A stretch of DNA of 64,000 bases, taken from positions 8,449 through 72,448 of IMG/VR virus record IMGVR_UViG_3300030419_004676; one strand, written 5' to 3'. Below are positions 49,635 to 59,280 of this stretch, piece after piece. This stretch comes from a virus. The position numbers and the translations under genes were made by a program. Position 1 is the first letter of the stretch. Every line of letters begins with the position of its first letter. The notes below the pieces were generated by a model, which saw nothing but the letters and a program-made list of their open reading frames with translations, did not search any database and was not told the DNA's origin.

Positions 49635-50253
49635 AGAACTTTTTAAAAGATTAATTCGTAAAGAACTTAAAGAAAGAGAACTTGGAGAGTCAAGTACTAC
49701 TGCATCTGCAGGTATTGGTGGTGCAGGAACAGGTCACTACGATACACCAAAAGCTTTTTCTAAAAAGAAAGATGGACATAAAGACCCAGAAGAGGGTGGA
49801 TATAAAAAAGTAAATGAAGTTAAATGGGCAGTAACTATTGATATGGGTCAATTAGGTCAAGGTAAAGTTCTTGTAGATGCAGGTTCAAAGGGTGCTGCAA
49901 CAACAATGGTTGCTAAGAAATTAAAACAAGGAAGAAATGGGATTATAAGTGTATCTCGTGTCCAACCATCAATTGGTAAACAAGTTGATAAAAAGATTGA
50001 AAATGTTAATGAGGGTCGTTACCACGATTGGAGAAACGATGAATCATTATCACCGAAACAAAAAATTGGCCGTTCAATGAGAGAAGTTAAAAATGCCTTG
50101 AACACATTATCTAAACAGATTGATTTTAATGTTCGTTTAAAGAATGAGTTAAATGTTGATACAAAGTCTTATTGGAAAACTACACATAAAGCATTAAATC
50201 AAATTTCAGAAAGATTAGTTAAATTAGCAAACAAAGTCGGAAAACTACAATGA
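49609..50253 (+). CDS. Hypothetical modular head-associated protein
   Basis: Modules separated by LGE, VNE, VNE. Confidence 0.6.
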   Translation: MSLSKKQIKELFKRLIRKELKERELGESSTTASAGIGGAGTGHYDTPKAFSKKKDGHKDPEEGGYKKVNEVKWAVTIDMGQLGQGKVLVDAGSKGAATTMVAKKLKQGRNGIISVSRVQPSIGKQVDKKIENVNEGRYHDWRNDESLSPKQKIGRSMREVKNALNTLSKQIDFNVRLKNELNVDTKSYWKTTHKALNQISERLVKLANKVGKLQ

Positions 50254-51626
50254 TTAAACTAACAAATTTACTAATCAAAGAAGAAGAGCCAGTTATAAGG
50301 AAAAAGAAATTCCATATAGGTGGTGGTGTTTATGTAGATAACGAAAAGGATAAAGATAATCCTAAAGCTCAACGATATAGTAAAGATGATTCTGGTAAAT
50401 ATATACCAATAGATGATGATAGTGGTAAGAAAAAATCTAAAAATGTTCCAAATATTTTTGATAAACCTAAAGATGATGGCCCAAATCCAACAAGTAAAGA
50501 TAAACCTTTAGTTAAAAAAGAAAAAAGTCCAACATCAACATTTGATGCTCCAATAGAACCACATCAAATAGACCCTAATGAAGTTCAACAGGCAATAGAC
50601 CACATTAAAGAAACTAATCCAGAACTGGCTGATGAATTAGAAGGTCATTTAGAAGACATAAAGTGGTATGGTAATTGGAGTGATGAAGATAATGAATTTT
50701 TTGATGATGATTTTTCAGACCCAGAACATGGAGAAGATGCAGAAAGAGCTGGATGGCATATATTAAATAAAATAAGAAATTTTAATAAGAAAAATGCTGG
50801 TAGTGATAAGAAAGAACCTAAAAATGTTCCAGCAGCATCAAGTGATAAGAAAAAAATAAAATCAGTTCAAAAAAATACAATAATTAAAAAGAAAGCGTTA
50901 CAGAAACTTGTTCTTCAAGACCTTGCAAAAGAATATGAGGAAGCAAAAGATACGGATGATACAGAAAAACTGGAAAAAATAAAATCACAACATTTTATAC
51001 ACAAAATGCATTTTGAAGCTCAAAAGTTAGCTCTTGATGTCATTGAAACACAAGGTGATTTTAATATAGATAAAGTAAAGGAAGTTGTAGCTGGAGACCC
51101 TGAGAAATATACACAAGAAGATATAGATGAAGCCTTGACTGAAATAGATGAATTAATTGATGATATAAAATCAGATGGTGACTATGATAGAAGTGAAGTT
51201 AAACAATTAGCTCAATTAAGAACAAGATTAAAAGAAGTTGGAAAAGAAAAGTATTATTGGATGCCTCTAAGAAAAGAGAATCAGAACGAAAATTATAATC
51301 CAAGTGAAAAATATTTAACAGAAAGTATAGATTTATTAGAAAGAGAATTTGGTCAACCATTACCAACACTATCAAGTGTAATGGAAAAACATCAACAAAA
51401 TGTTAAAGAAGGCCCAGATGATGTAAAAAAAGCCAAAAAACAATTACAGATGTTGATTAAACAAGAGGGTGCATTCAGAAAAAGAATGATAAAAATTGAA
51501 CAAATATTTCTTGATGACCCAAGACCTGAAAACAAAAAATTAGCAAAAGATATTAAAAAGTCCTACAAAGATAATATAACTAAATTTATGAGAGAAGTTG
51601 TAGGAATGTTGAAGAGGATGAAATAA
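50250..51626 (+). CDS. Hypothetical protein with MIKL..L..EE leader (putative internal head protein)
   Basis: MIKLTNLLIKEEE; highly charged. Confidence 0.6.
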   Translation: MIKLTNLLIKEEEPVIRKKKFHIGGGVYVDNEKDKDNPKAQRYSKDDSGKYIPIDDDSGKKKSKNVPNIFDKPKDDGPNPTSKDKPLVKKEKSPTSTFDAPIEPHQIDPNEVQQAIDHIKETNPELADELEGHLEDIKWYGNWSDEDNEFFDDDFSDPEHGEDAERAGWHILNKIRNFNKKNAGSDKKEPKNVPAASSDKKKIKSVQKNTIIKKKALQKLVLQDLAKEYEEAKDTDDTEKLEKIKSQHFIHKMHFEAQKLALDVIETQGDFNIDKVKEVVAGDPEKYTQEDIDEALTEIDELIDDIKSDGDYDRSEVKQLAQLRTRLKEVGKEKYYWMPLRKENQNENYNPSEKYLTESIDLLEREFGQPLPTLSSVMEKHQQNVKEGPDDVKKAKKQLQMLIKQEGAFRKRMIKIEQIFLDDPRPENKKLAKDIKKSYKDNITKFMREVVGMLKRMK

Positions 51627-52249
51627 TGAGAAACTTAATTGTAGATTATATACCATTTGAATTATCACCACAACAAATCCAAGAGTCTTTAAAAGAGAAC
51701 AATGGTAAGTTAGTGGTTAAGGGTGTATTACAAAGAGCAGATGCGAAAAACCAAAACGGAAGAGTATATCCAAGAGAGATATTGGTTCGTGAAGCTAAGA
51801 AGTATGATGAAAATTTTATTAAACAAAGTAGAGCATTAGGTGAATTAGACCACCCAGACTCTTCAGTAGTGAATTTACAAAATGTATCACATAATATCAA
51901 GGGTATGCATTTTGAAGGTGATAATCTTTTAGGAACCGTAGAGGTTTTAACCACACCAAGTGGTAATATCTTAAGAGAATTATTTAAGAATGGTATCAAA
52001 TTAGGTATCAGTTCTCGTGGAATGGGAAGTGTTGAAGCAGTTAATGAAGATAATGGAGACCAAACATTAAAAGTTGGTGATGATTTTGAATTAATTGCAT
52101 TTGACTTTGTTTCTAATCCATCAACACATGGAGCTTTTATGTATCCAATGAATGAGAGTGTTGACCCAACACAAAAAACACAAGGAAGAACTTGTGGTGA
52201 TTGGTGTAAAGCTGAAGATATCATAAACAAAATAATCCGAGGCGAATAA
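51626..52249 (+). CDS. Prohead core protease (T4 gp21-like)
   Basis: NQNGRVYP, LGELDHP, VSHNI, GISSRGMGS, DFVSNPS. Confidence 0.95.
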   Translation: MRNLIVDYIPFELSPQQIQESLKENNGKLVVKGVLQRADAKNQNGRVYPREILVREAKKYDENFIKQSRALGELDHPDSSVVNLQNVSHNIKGMHFEGDNLLGTVEVLTTPSGNILRELFKNGIKLGISSRGMGSVEAVNEDNGDQTLKVGDDFELIAFDFVSNPSTHGAFMYPMNESVDPTQKTQGRTCGDWCKAEDIINKIIRGE

Positions 52250-52250
52250 A

Positions 52251-54113
52251 ATGCCAGCCAAATCCAAAGCACAACAAAAATTCATGGGTTTGGTTCATGC
52301 CTATAAGAAAGGTGATATTCCTGCAAGTAAAGTAAATAAATCTGTTAAAGATGCTGCAAAATCAATGAGTACAAAAGATATTAAAGATTTTGCTAATACT
52401 GATAGAAAAGGATTACCAAATAAAGTTAGTAAGAAAGAATTCATAAACAAATTTACAGAATTATTAGATGCAGAAATGGAATCTTGTGGTTATGTTTTTT
52501 CTGCAAAAGACCCATCTTATAAATTAAAATCACCTGGTGGAACTGGTGAAGAGGATAAAAAATTAAAAGAAAAAAAGGATTGGGGAGATACAACAATTAA
52601 TTATAAAAAAGATACACCAAGGTCTTTAAAGAAAAGTAGATTTAAACAATTAGATGCACTTGTTCCAAAAGGTAGAGTTAATTGGGTAATAAATACATTA
52701 AAAAAAGAAATTAGAGGAATTAAAATAAACCACGAAGAAGTTGATTCATACACAAAAGATGGATTGATACTTTCTAAATTTAAAAAAGATGACATAAATA
52801 AAATTCTGGCAATCGTTGACCATTCAGGTGGTTTATTTGAAAGTAAAAAAATAATGAATGAAATAAACTCTTATAAACAATTTGTAAAGTATATGAATGA
52901 TTTCTATGGGCCAAAAGGTGTTTATCCAGATAAAAAGAAAAGAACTTTAAAGATGAAAGACATTGGATTGGCATATTCAGTATTATTAAAGAAGAAACCT
53001 GATTTTGAAATCGGATATGATTCTACAGATAGAGAGATGTTAAGAGATATTTTAATCAAGTTAAGAAAACTTGACCCTGATTATTCACAAAAAGAATCAA
53101 TAAGTGAAGATGTATACATTGGATATTATAAAAATAAAAAAGTAAAAGTCACTGCTAAATCATCTAAAGAAGCTCAAAGACAAATAGCTAAAAAATTAAG
53201 AGTTCCAAAAAAAGATTATGATATAGCTTCAATCCAAAATCTTACTAAAACTAAACAAAATAAACACAAGTTTGAATATAGTGGAATGAGTAAATGGCAA
53301 CGAGACAGACTTGACCAACTCTCAAAAGAAAAAGGAAAGAAACCTAAAAAAGTTAGTAGAGCAGTAAAGAAAAAACAAGATGCATGGGCAAAAAAATATT
53401 ATACAAAGGGTGGTGGAATTAATATAGCAAAATGGAAAAAAGATGGTTCACCAGGATTTCCAAAAGAATCCGTAAATGAAGTTGAAAGAGATTACAAGGC
53501 AGAATATAGAAAATTTCAGTCATCTACTAAGGCAAAGAAGTATAGAGCAGAATTAAATAAGTATAATAGAAAAAAAGGAACTTATGGAAATGGTGATGGT
53601 AAAGATGCATCACACAAAGGTGGAAAAATTGTAGGATTTGAAGCACAATCTAAAAACAGAGGAAGAGCCGAAAAGAGTCGTTTAAAGAAAGAATCAGTAA
53701 TAGGTGAAGATGTATTCGCTATCGTAGATAAGTTCAATCAAAGAAAACAAGATTACGACCAAGTATATTACAAGGATAATAACTTGAATAAAGTTAAGAA
53801 ACACATGAAAAAGATGGGTAAGAAATATGGAAAAATGAATCTTATAAAAGTCAAACCTAATGGTAAGATGAGTATGGTTGAAGAAGTTACTAAAGGAAAA
53901 GGTGTTCAAAAGATTTTTGATATACATAAAAATGGTTATGGAAAACTTGGTGGTAGAATGTTAGATAGTTTAAGTGCAGGATTATTTGTACAACTATATG
54001 ATAAAGCACCAGATAATATAAAAGAAAAGATGAACAAAATGAACGAAAAAAGACTCTACATTGTAATTGGTAAAATGTGGGATAAGTTCGGTAAAGGTGT
54101 GAAATTATCATGA
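52251..54113 (+). CDS. Basic modular polyprotein-like protein
   Basis: MPAKSKAQQKFMG N-terminal module; further modules after LKE, MNE, ISE, VNE, IGE, VEE. Confidence 0.65.
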   Translation: MPAKSKAQQKFMGLVHAYKKGDIPASKVNKSVKDAAKSMSTKDIKDFANTDRKGLPNKVSKKEFINKFTELLDAEMESCGYVFSAKDPSYKLKSPGGTGEEDKKLKEKKDWGDTTINYKKDTPRSLKKSRFKQLDALVPKGRVNWVINTLKKEIRGIKINHEEVDSYTKDGLILSKFKKDDINKILAIVDHSGGLFESKKIMNEINSYKQFVKYMNDFYGPKGVYPDKKKRTLKMKDIGLAYSVLLKKKPDFEIGYDSTDREMLRDILIKLRKLDPDYSQKESISEDVYIGYYKNKKVKVTAKSSKEAQRQIAKKLRVPKKDYDIASIQNLTKTKQNKHKFEYSGMSKWQRDRLDQLSKEKGKKPKKVSRAVKKKQDAWAKKYYTKGGGINIAKWKKDGSPGFPKESVNEVERDYKAEYRKFQSSTKAKKYRAELNKYNRKKGTYGNGDGKDASHKGGKIVGFEAQSKNRGRAEKSRLKKESVIGEDVFAIVDKFNQRKQDYDQVYYKDNNLNKVKKHMKKMGKKYGKMNLIKVKPNGKMSMVEEVTKGKGVQKIFDIHKNGYGKLGGRMLDSLSAGLFVQLYDKAPDNIKEKMNKMNEKRLYIVIGKMWDKFGKGVKLS

Positions 54114-54376
54114 TAAAATTAAAAGATTTAATAAAAGAAGAACATTGTGAATGTGGTGGTGGATGTTGTTCTACTAAAGAACAAATTAATGAAGGTAACA
54201 TAAAAGTAATCAAATCCAAAAAGATTGATAGTAGAACTTGGAGACAAATGAAGTATGATTTAAGAGACCAGTTTGATGAATTAGTAAAAGTTGGTGAAGA
54301 TTATGGTGTTTTTCAAAATGCACAAGGTACACATAAAATGTTAAAACAAATTAAACGACTTATGGATAAAATCTAA
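54110..54376 (+). CDS. Small protein with MIKLKDLIKEE leader
   Basis: Shared N-terminal motif; HCECGGGCC. Confidence 0.65.
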   Translation: MIKLKDLIKEEHCECGGGCCSTKEQINEGNIKVIKSKKIDSRTWRQMKYDLRDQFDELVKVGEDYGVFQNAQGTHKMLKQIKRLMDKI

Positions 54377-55365
54377 TGATTAAATTAAAAGATATAATAA
54401 AAGAATCAAAAGTTTCTTATATAACAGAATCCTTTAAAAGTAAATTACTTAGAAAATTTTCATCAAAACAAAATTGGCAATTAGATAGGGATTTATATAG
54501 TTGGTTAGCAAAATTAGGTGTTAAGGCAAGTGAAATTGAAGACCATCAAATTAATAGAAATGTTAAACCATTGAAAAAAGGTATTGAGATTGCAGTTAGT
54601 GGTAAAAAAATCACTTTACTTGCAAAAGGTAATAGATATTGGGAATATGACCAAGAAATACCTAAAGATACCGTTGTTAATGTATTTAAAGATGGAAAAC
54701 CAGTTTGGTATACAAAAGGTTGGAGACAAAAAGATATTTCAGTAAGTTCACCAAGTAAATGGGGTGCTGAAAATATGAAAACCTTTGGTTTACAAAAATA
54801 TGGATATCAAAGTTTAAGTTCAATTCTAAAAATACCTGGTTTAGTTTATTATCAAATTTTACTTGATGAAGATATGCCTTACATGGGTGCTGAAAAAATT
54901 AGAAAATTAAGATATGATATTCAAGATGGTTCTTGGAGATGGAGAGACAATACTGACTTTCAACAAGAAAATGAAAGAAGATATAAAGATGCATTAAAGA
55001 GAATTTATTCAGACCCTGCAAAGGTAAAGGGTTTAATTAAGAAGGCAAAAGATTATGCTAATAAGTTAATTCTTGGATTAGTTGGTGGTAAACCAAATGC
55101 AATATCTGATAAGGTGATTAGTCAAAGTAAGGTAGATGTTACTGATGAGGGTGAAGTCATGAGAGTGTTGAGTGATATTACAACCGCAATGAAGAAATTA
55201 TATGAAAAGGTTGATTGGTATTCAAATGATTTAGAAAGAGATATCCAAAATAAAGAAGAAAACCCAGATTGGACAGGAACTTATGATAGTGCACCAAGGC
55301 GTGGTAAAGAAATTGCAGAAATGGTTGGTAAGATAACTAAAGGTAAATTTTCAGGGATTTGGTAA
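54376..55365 (+). CDS. Protein with MIKLKDIIKE leader
   Basis: Shared N-terminal motif; TAATG coupling. Confidence 0.65.
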   Translation: MIKLKDIIKESKVSYITESFKSKLLRKFSSKQNWQLDRDLYSWLAKLGVKASEIEDHQINRNVKPLKKGIEIAVSGKKITLLAKGNRYWEYDQEIPKDTVVNVFKDGKPVWYTKGWRQKDISVSSPSKWGAENMKTFGLQKYGYQSLSSILKIPGLVYYQILLDEDMPYMGAEKIRKLRYDIQDGSWRWRDNTDFQQENERRYKDALKRIYSDPAKVKGLIKKAKDYANKLILGLVGGKPNAISDKVISQSKVDVTDEGEVMRVLSDITTAMKKLYEKVDWYSNDLERDIQNKEENPDWTGTYDSAPRRGKEIAEMVGKITKGKFSGIW

Positions 55366-55366
55366 A

Positions 55367-55657
55367 ATGATTAAATTAAAAGATATAATAACAGAGGCAA
55401 AAGAATTACCACAAAAAGATATTGATTACATTGCCAAGATGACTGATTATAATAATCACAATCAAGCAAGATTACATTTGGCTCAAGTAATGAAAAACAG
55501 ACATTTAGAAAAAGCATATCAGGCAATCATTACATTACATATCATGTTTAACCATATGAATGAGTTGATGAAGGCAAGACAAAAATTAGATAAGATGCTG
55601 TTCACACAAGCCAAAAGGCAATATAAGAATTTTAAAGATATTTACGCAAGTTACTAA
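55367..55657 (+). CDS. Small protein with MIKLKDIITE leader
   Basis: Shared N-terminal motif; first 24 nt identical to the 54376 gene. Confidence 0.65.
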   Translation: MIKLKDIITEAKELPQKDIDYIAKMTDYNNHNQARLHLAQVMKNRHLEKAYQAIITLHIMFNHMNELMKARQKLDKMLFTQAKRQYKNFKDIYASY

Positions 55658-56040
55658 TGATTAAGTTAACAGACAATATAAATTTACCACAAGGTATGGA
55701 GATAGGTAAAGTTTTTACTGGACATGGATTTGCATTTAAAAATGAAAATTTAATTGATGTAGACAAAGATATGAAAGATGGAAAATTTGATGAAAAAAAT
55801 CCACAAGTTCATATTGTCGGTTATGGTGTAATGAGTATGAAAACCATTAGAGAAAAACTATTTAGAGTTTTCAAAGAATTATCAATAAGGGCAAAAAAAG
55901 GTGAAATAGAGAATGTAAATTCTTATATAAAAGATAGTGGAGTTCTTCAGGCATTAGTAAAGGCATATTTAGATGCAAAAAAACAACTGAAGAGTCCAAC
56001 TATGAAAAGAAAAATAACTATGTATAAGAGAAAAAAATGA
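55657..56040 (+). CDS. Small protein with MIKLTD leader
   Basis: Variant of the shared motif; TAATG coupling. Confidence 0.6.
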   Translation: MIKLTDNINLPQGMEIGKVFTGHGFAFKNENLIDVDKDMKDGKFDEKNPQVHIVGYGVMSMKTIREKLFRVFKELSIRAKKGEIENVNSYIKDSGVLQALVKAYLDAKKQLKSPTMKRKITMYKRKK

Positions 56041-56459
56041 GTAGTATGACACCAAAAATGTGGGCAAAATGGAAAGATTATCGTTTATACGAGAATCCTG
56101 ACGATTTAATTGAATTGTTTGAAATGTTGGAAGAACAAGGGTATGTTCCAGGTTCAATTAAAACACCATCTAAATTCAAGCCTGCAATGATGAAATATTC
56201 ATCACCTGAAGCAAAAAAATTAGTTGAAAAAGATATTCAAGTAATGGGTAAGATTTTTAACAAAGCATCTCAACAATCTATCAAAATGATGATGGATGGT
56301 GTTAAAGGTAAAAAATATGATGCAATGGATTTAATTCGTGGTATCATGCATGGAAAAGCAGGTGACACAAGTATGGGTGTTAGAGATATGATAAGAGTAT
56401 TGTGGAACAAAGTAGAAAAAAGATTTCGTAGTTATCTTGGTGGTAAAAAACGAAGATGA
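56037..56459 (+). CDS. Hypothetical protein
   Basis: ATGA-coupled ORF of 140 aa. Confidence 0.6.
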   Translation: MSSMTPKMWAKWKDYRLYENPDDLIELFEMLEEQGYVPGSIKTPSKFKPAMMKYSSPEAKKLVEKDIQVMGKIFNKASQQSIKMMMDGVKGKKYDAMDLIRGIMHGKAGDTSMGVRDMIRVLWNKVEKRFRSYLGGKKRR

Positions 56460-56461
56460 TT

Positions 56462-56470
56462 ATATTTATA
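56462..56470 (+). promoter_or_regulatory. ATATTTATW motif, putative late promoter
   Basis: ATATTTATA 20 nt before ATG 56491. Confidence 0.55.
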
Positions 56471-56490
56471 TATGAATTAGGAGACATAAA

Positions 56491-57720
56491 ATGGCAAAAC
56501 TAAAAGATTTAATAGAAGAAAATTTTTCACTCGTTGGTGGTGTGGTATCAACACCAAATATCAATAGAGATGGAAGTTCACTTTCTGCAATTGTGGAAGA
56601 CCAATATGGTGAATCACAAGAAGAAAGAGTTAACGCAAAACAAGTAATGGAAGCACTTTCTCAGTATAATGAAATTGGTAAACAACTATACATGAAAGAT
56701 GATTTAAGAGAGACTGCAGAAAAGTTATCTAACATTGCACAATTAACTAAAAATCATACTTTAAGTGAAACAGAAGATTGGTTTGATAAAGTTACCGTAA
56801 ATCGTAACATGAAAGAATTAACAAACTTTTCAAAACAATTTGGAAAGATTTCAAACGAAGCACAAGCAGTTCGTGAAAGACTTGCAACCTTATATGAAGA
56901 TATGGGTAATATTTTAAATCGTTATTACGATATACCAGAAGTTGAAACACATCAGACAGATGGAGTTGTCTCTGAAAAAGATGGAGAATATGAAAAGTTT
57001 TTCCAGGCATCAATGAAAAAATTTGGTATTAGTGCACCAGATGAGTTAGATGATGAGGAAAAGAAGAAATTTTTCAACTATGTAGATAAAAACTACAAAG
57101 CAAAAAACGAAAGTGTTGTAAGAGAAGAAGATGGAGAAAAATCCACATACACTTGGGATGGTGAAACACACGATATTGCATATAGTACTGCCAAACAATA
57201 TGCTGCTGATTTAACACATGGAGATACCGATAAAAGAAAGAAAGCTGCAGTTCAAGCATTTCCAGATTTGGCAAAATTAATTGGATTGGGTTCAGACAAA
57301 GGCGATGATAGTGATGATGGAAAAAAAGGAGTAAATATTTTTGATAAACCAAGTGGTGATGAACCTAAATCAAAAGGTGATAAACCAAGTGGTGATGAAC
57401 CAAAGAAAGCAAAAGATTTATCGGATGACCCAAATATTGGAAGTCAAGAAGATTCAAGAGGAACAAAATGGGATGCTAGTTATTATGGAGCTGATGATTC
57501 TGCAGAGTGGGAAAAACATTATAGAGATGCTGAGTCAATTGATGATGAAGAAGAATTGGCACAGATAAAATGGTTTGGTGAAAAACAAGGTTGGGGTGAT
57601 AAAGGTGAATTGCCTTCTAACGAACAACATGACCACAAAAATCCAAATGAAAAATATCTAAAAGATGTTATTTCTTCTATGATAAAAAATAGAAAGAAAG
57701 AAATTAGAAAATTAACATAA
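56491..57720 (+). CDS. Acidic protein with MAKLKDLIEE leader (putative prohead core/internal protein)
   Basis: AGGAGA RBS; helical N-terminal domain then modules after VSE and VRE. Confidence 0.65.
   Translation: MAKLKDLIEENFSLVGGVVSTPNINRDGSSLSAIVEDQYGESQEERVNAKQVMEALSQYNEIGKQLYMKDDLRETAEKLSNIAQLTKNHTLSETEDWFDKVTVNRNMKELTNFSKQFGKISNEAQAVRERLATLYEDMGNILNRYYDIPEVETHQTDGVVSEKDGEYEKFFQASMKKFGISAPDELDDEEKKKFFNYVDKNYKAKNESVVREEDGEKSTYTWDGETHDIAYSTAKQYAADLTHGDTDKRKKAAVQAFPDLAKLIGLGSDKGDDSDDGKKGVNIFDKPSGDEPKSKGDKPSGDEPKKAKDLSDDPNIGSQEDSRGTKWDASYYGADDSAEWEKHYRDAESIDDEEELAQIKWFGEKQGWGDKGELPSNEQHDHKNPNEKYLKDVISSMIKNRKKEIRKLT
57342..57401 (+). repeat. 24-nt direct repeat with 36-nt period (DKPSGDEP x2)
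   Basis: TGATAAACCAAGTGGTGATGAACC at 57342 and 57378. Confidence 0.9.
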
Positions 57721-57737
57721 CTTAAAGTGAGGTTCAA

Positions 57738-57941
57738 TTGATAAAAGTTACAATTCGTCAAGGACAAAGTGTAGAGAAGGCACTTAAAATCTTCAAAAAG
57801 AAAGTAAAAGAAAGTGGAATGATGTTAGAGTTACGAGAAAGAAGTTTTTATCGTAAACCATCTGATATTAAAAGAGAAAAAAAGAAGAAAGCTATTTTAA
57901 GGAATTATTATAAGACCTTAAAAGAAAAAGAAAATAATTAA
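57738..57941 (+). CDS. rpsU: Ribosomal protein bS21
   Basis: TTG start after GAGG; V..GQSVEKALKIFKKKV...LELRER.FY.KPS..KR. Confidence 0.9.
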   Translation: MIKVTIRQGQSVEKALKIFKKKVKESGMMLELRERSFYRKPSDIKREKKKKAILRNYYKTLKEKENN

Positions 57942-57944
57942 AAA

Positions 57945-57968
57945 AAATACACACTTTGTGTGATTTTT
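57945..57968 (+). terminator. Weak terminator-like hairpin after rpsU
   Basis: CACAC-TTT-GTGTG flanked by A-run and ATTTTT. Confidence 0.35.
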
Positions 57969-57981
57969 ATCAAACTTCTTG

Positions 57982-57990
57982 ATATTTATT
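57982..57990 (+). promoter_or_regulatory. ATATTTATW motif, putative promoter of scaffold-capsid transcript
   Basis: ATATTTATT followed by a two-hairpin leader. Confidence 0.55.
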
Positions 57991-58095
57991 AAGAAATAAA
58001 ATACACTATCGTGCATTTCGCACATCATATAGTGTCACCAATTTAATTCAATTATAGTTCCCAATAACTATATTAATTCCGTGGAGAAATACAAA

Positions 58096-59265
58096 ATGGA
58101 TGATTTACTAAAAGAAGCTATCGCTGATGCAAAAGCTGTTCGTGAAACTGCTCTGGCAAACGCAAAGATAGCACTTGAAGAAGCATTTACACCACGATTG
58201 AAATCTATGTTATCTCGTAAGATTGAAGCTGAATTATCTGACGATGATTCTGAAGTAGAAGGCGGAGACGCTGAAGCTGAAGATGATGTTGTTGATGGTG
58301 AAGCACATGACGAACCAGCAGACGATTCTGAAGTAGAACCAGAAATGGGTGATGATGAAACATACTCAGAAGATGAAGAAGCTCCAGAAGATGATGCTGA
58401 AGTAGAAGACATTCCTGAAGAGGAAGGTGAAGAAGATGACATGGGTGATGAACCAGTAGCTGACGAACCAATCGCAGATGAAGAGGACGATGAACTTGAC
58501 CTTAACGCTGTATTGGCAGAGTTAGAAGCTGAACTTAAAGAAGAAGAAGACGAAGAAGACGAAGAAGACGCACCAGCAGAATCAGTTGAAGAATCTGAAG
58601 AAGTAACTGAAGATGAAAAAGTTGAAGAAGCTGACGAAGTTGAAGAACAATCAACTTCAAGTGGTATCGGTAAAGGTACTGGCGTCAAACAAGCTTCAGG
58701 TTCTGATGAGGAAGACCCTGGTAAAGGAAAACTCAAAGAAGTTGAAGAAGTTGATGAAGAAGTGGACGAATCTAAAGACTCTGTAGATGAAGCTGAGGAA
58801 TCAGTTGATGAAGCAGAAGAAGTAGATGAAGACATTGATTTAGAAGAAGTCTTAAGAGCTCTTTCTGAAGAAGATGATGTTCAAGAAACCGTGGATGAAG
58901 TAGAAAAACTTCAAGCTGAAATTAAAGAACACAGAGATGTTGTAAAATATCTTCGTGAAAAATTAAATGAAGTTAATTTATTGAACGCAAAACTATTGTT
59001 CTCAAACAAACTATTCAGAGCGTTTGGTTTAAGTAACGAACAAAAATTAAAAGTTGTTGAAACTTTTGATAGAACTAAAAACCTAAGAGAAATCAAATTA
59101 GTATATGCTACTTTGGCAGAATCTTTCCAAAATCGTAAACCGATTAAGGAATCTAAGGGTTCAAGTTCTAAAGCCGTTGCTTCTACAAAACCTAAAAATG
59201 AAGAAGTTTTGACTGAAGGACACGAGTTAAAAAATCGTTTCAAAAAATTAGCAAACATATTATAA
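58096..59265 (+). CDS. Prohead scaffolding/core protein (T4 gp22 analogue)
   Basis: Very acidic centre with helical termini, immediately upstream of the capsid gene; GGAGA RBS supports ATG 58096. Confidence 0.8.
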   Translation: MDDLLKEAIADAKAVRETALANAKIALEEAFTPRLKSMLSRKIEAELSDDDSEVEGGDAEAEDDVVDGEAHDEPADDSEVEPEMGDDETYSEDEEAPEDDAEVEDIPEEEGEEDDMGDEPVADEPIADEEDDELDLNAVLAELEAELKEEEDEEDEEDAPAESVEESEEVTEDEKVEEADEVEEQSTSSGIGKGTGVKQASGSDEEDPGKGKLKEVEEVDEEVDESKDSVDEAEESVDEAEEVDEDIDLEEVLRALSEEDDVQETVDEVEKLQAEIKEHRDVVKYLREKLNEVNLLNAKLLFSNKLFRAFGLSNEQKLKVVETFDRTKNLREIKLVYATLAESFQNRKPIKESKGSSSKAVASTKPKNEEVLTEGHELKNRFKKLANIL

Positions 59266-59280
59266 TCGGGAGACTAAAAA

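Noticed and set aside
58068-58835. 255-aa Ser-rich minus-strand ORF (likewise 51646-52272, 42650-43045 and other minus-strand ORFs)
   Set aside because: Antisense shadows of real + strand genes (GAA/GAT codons read as Ser on the other strand); no RBS or motifs.
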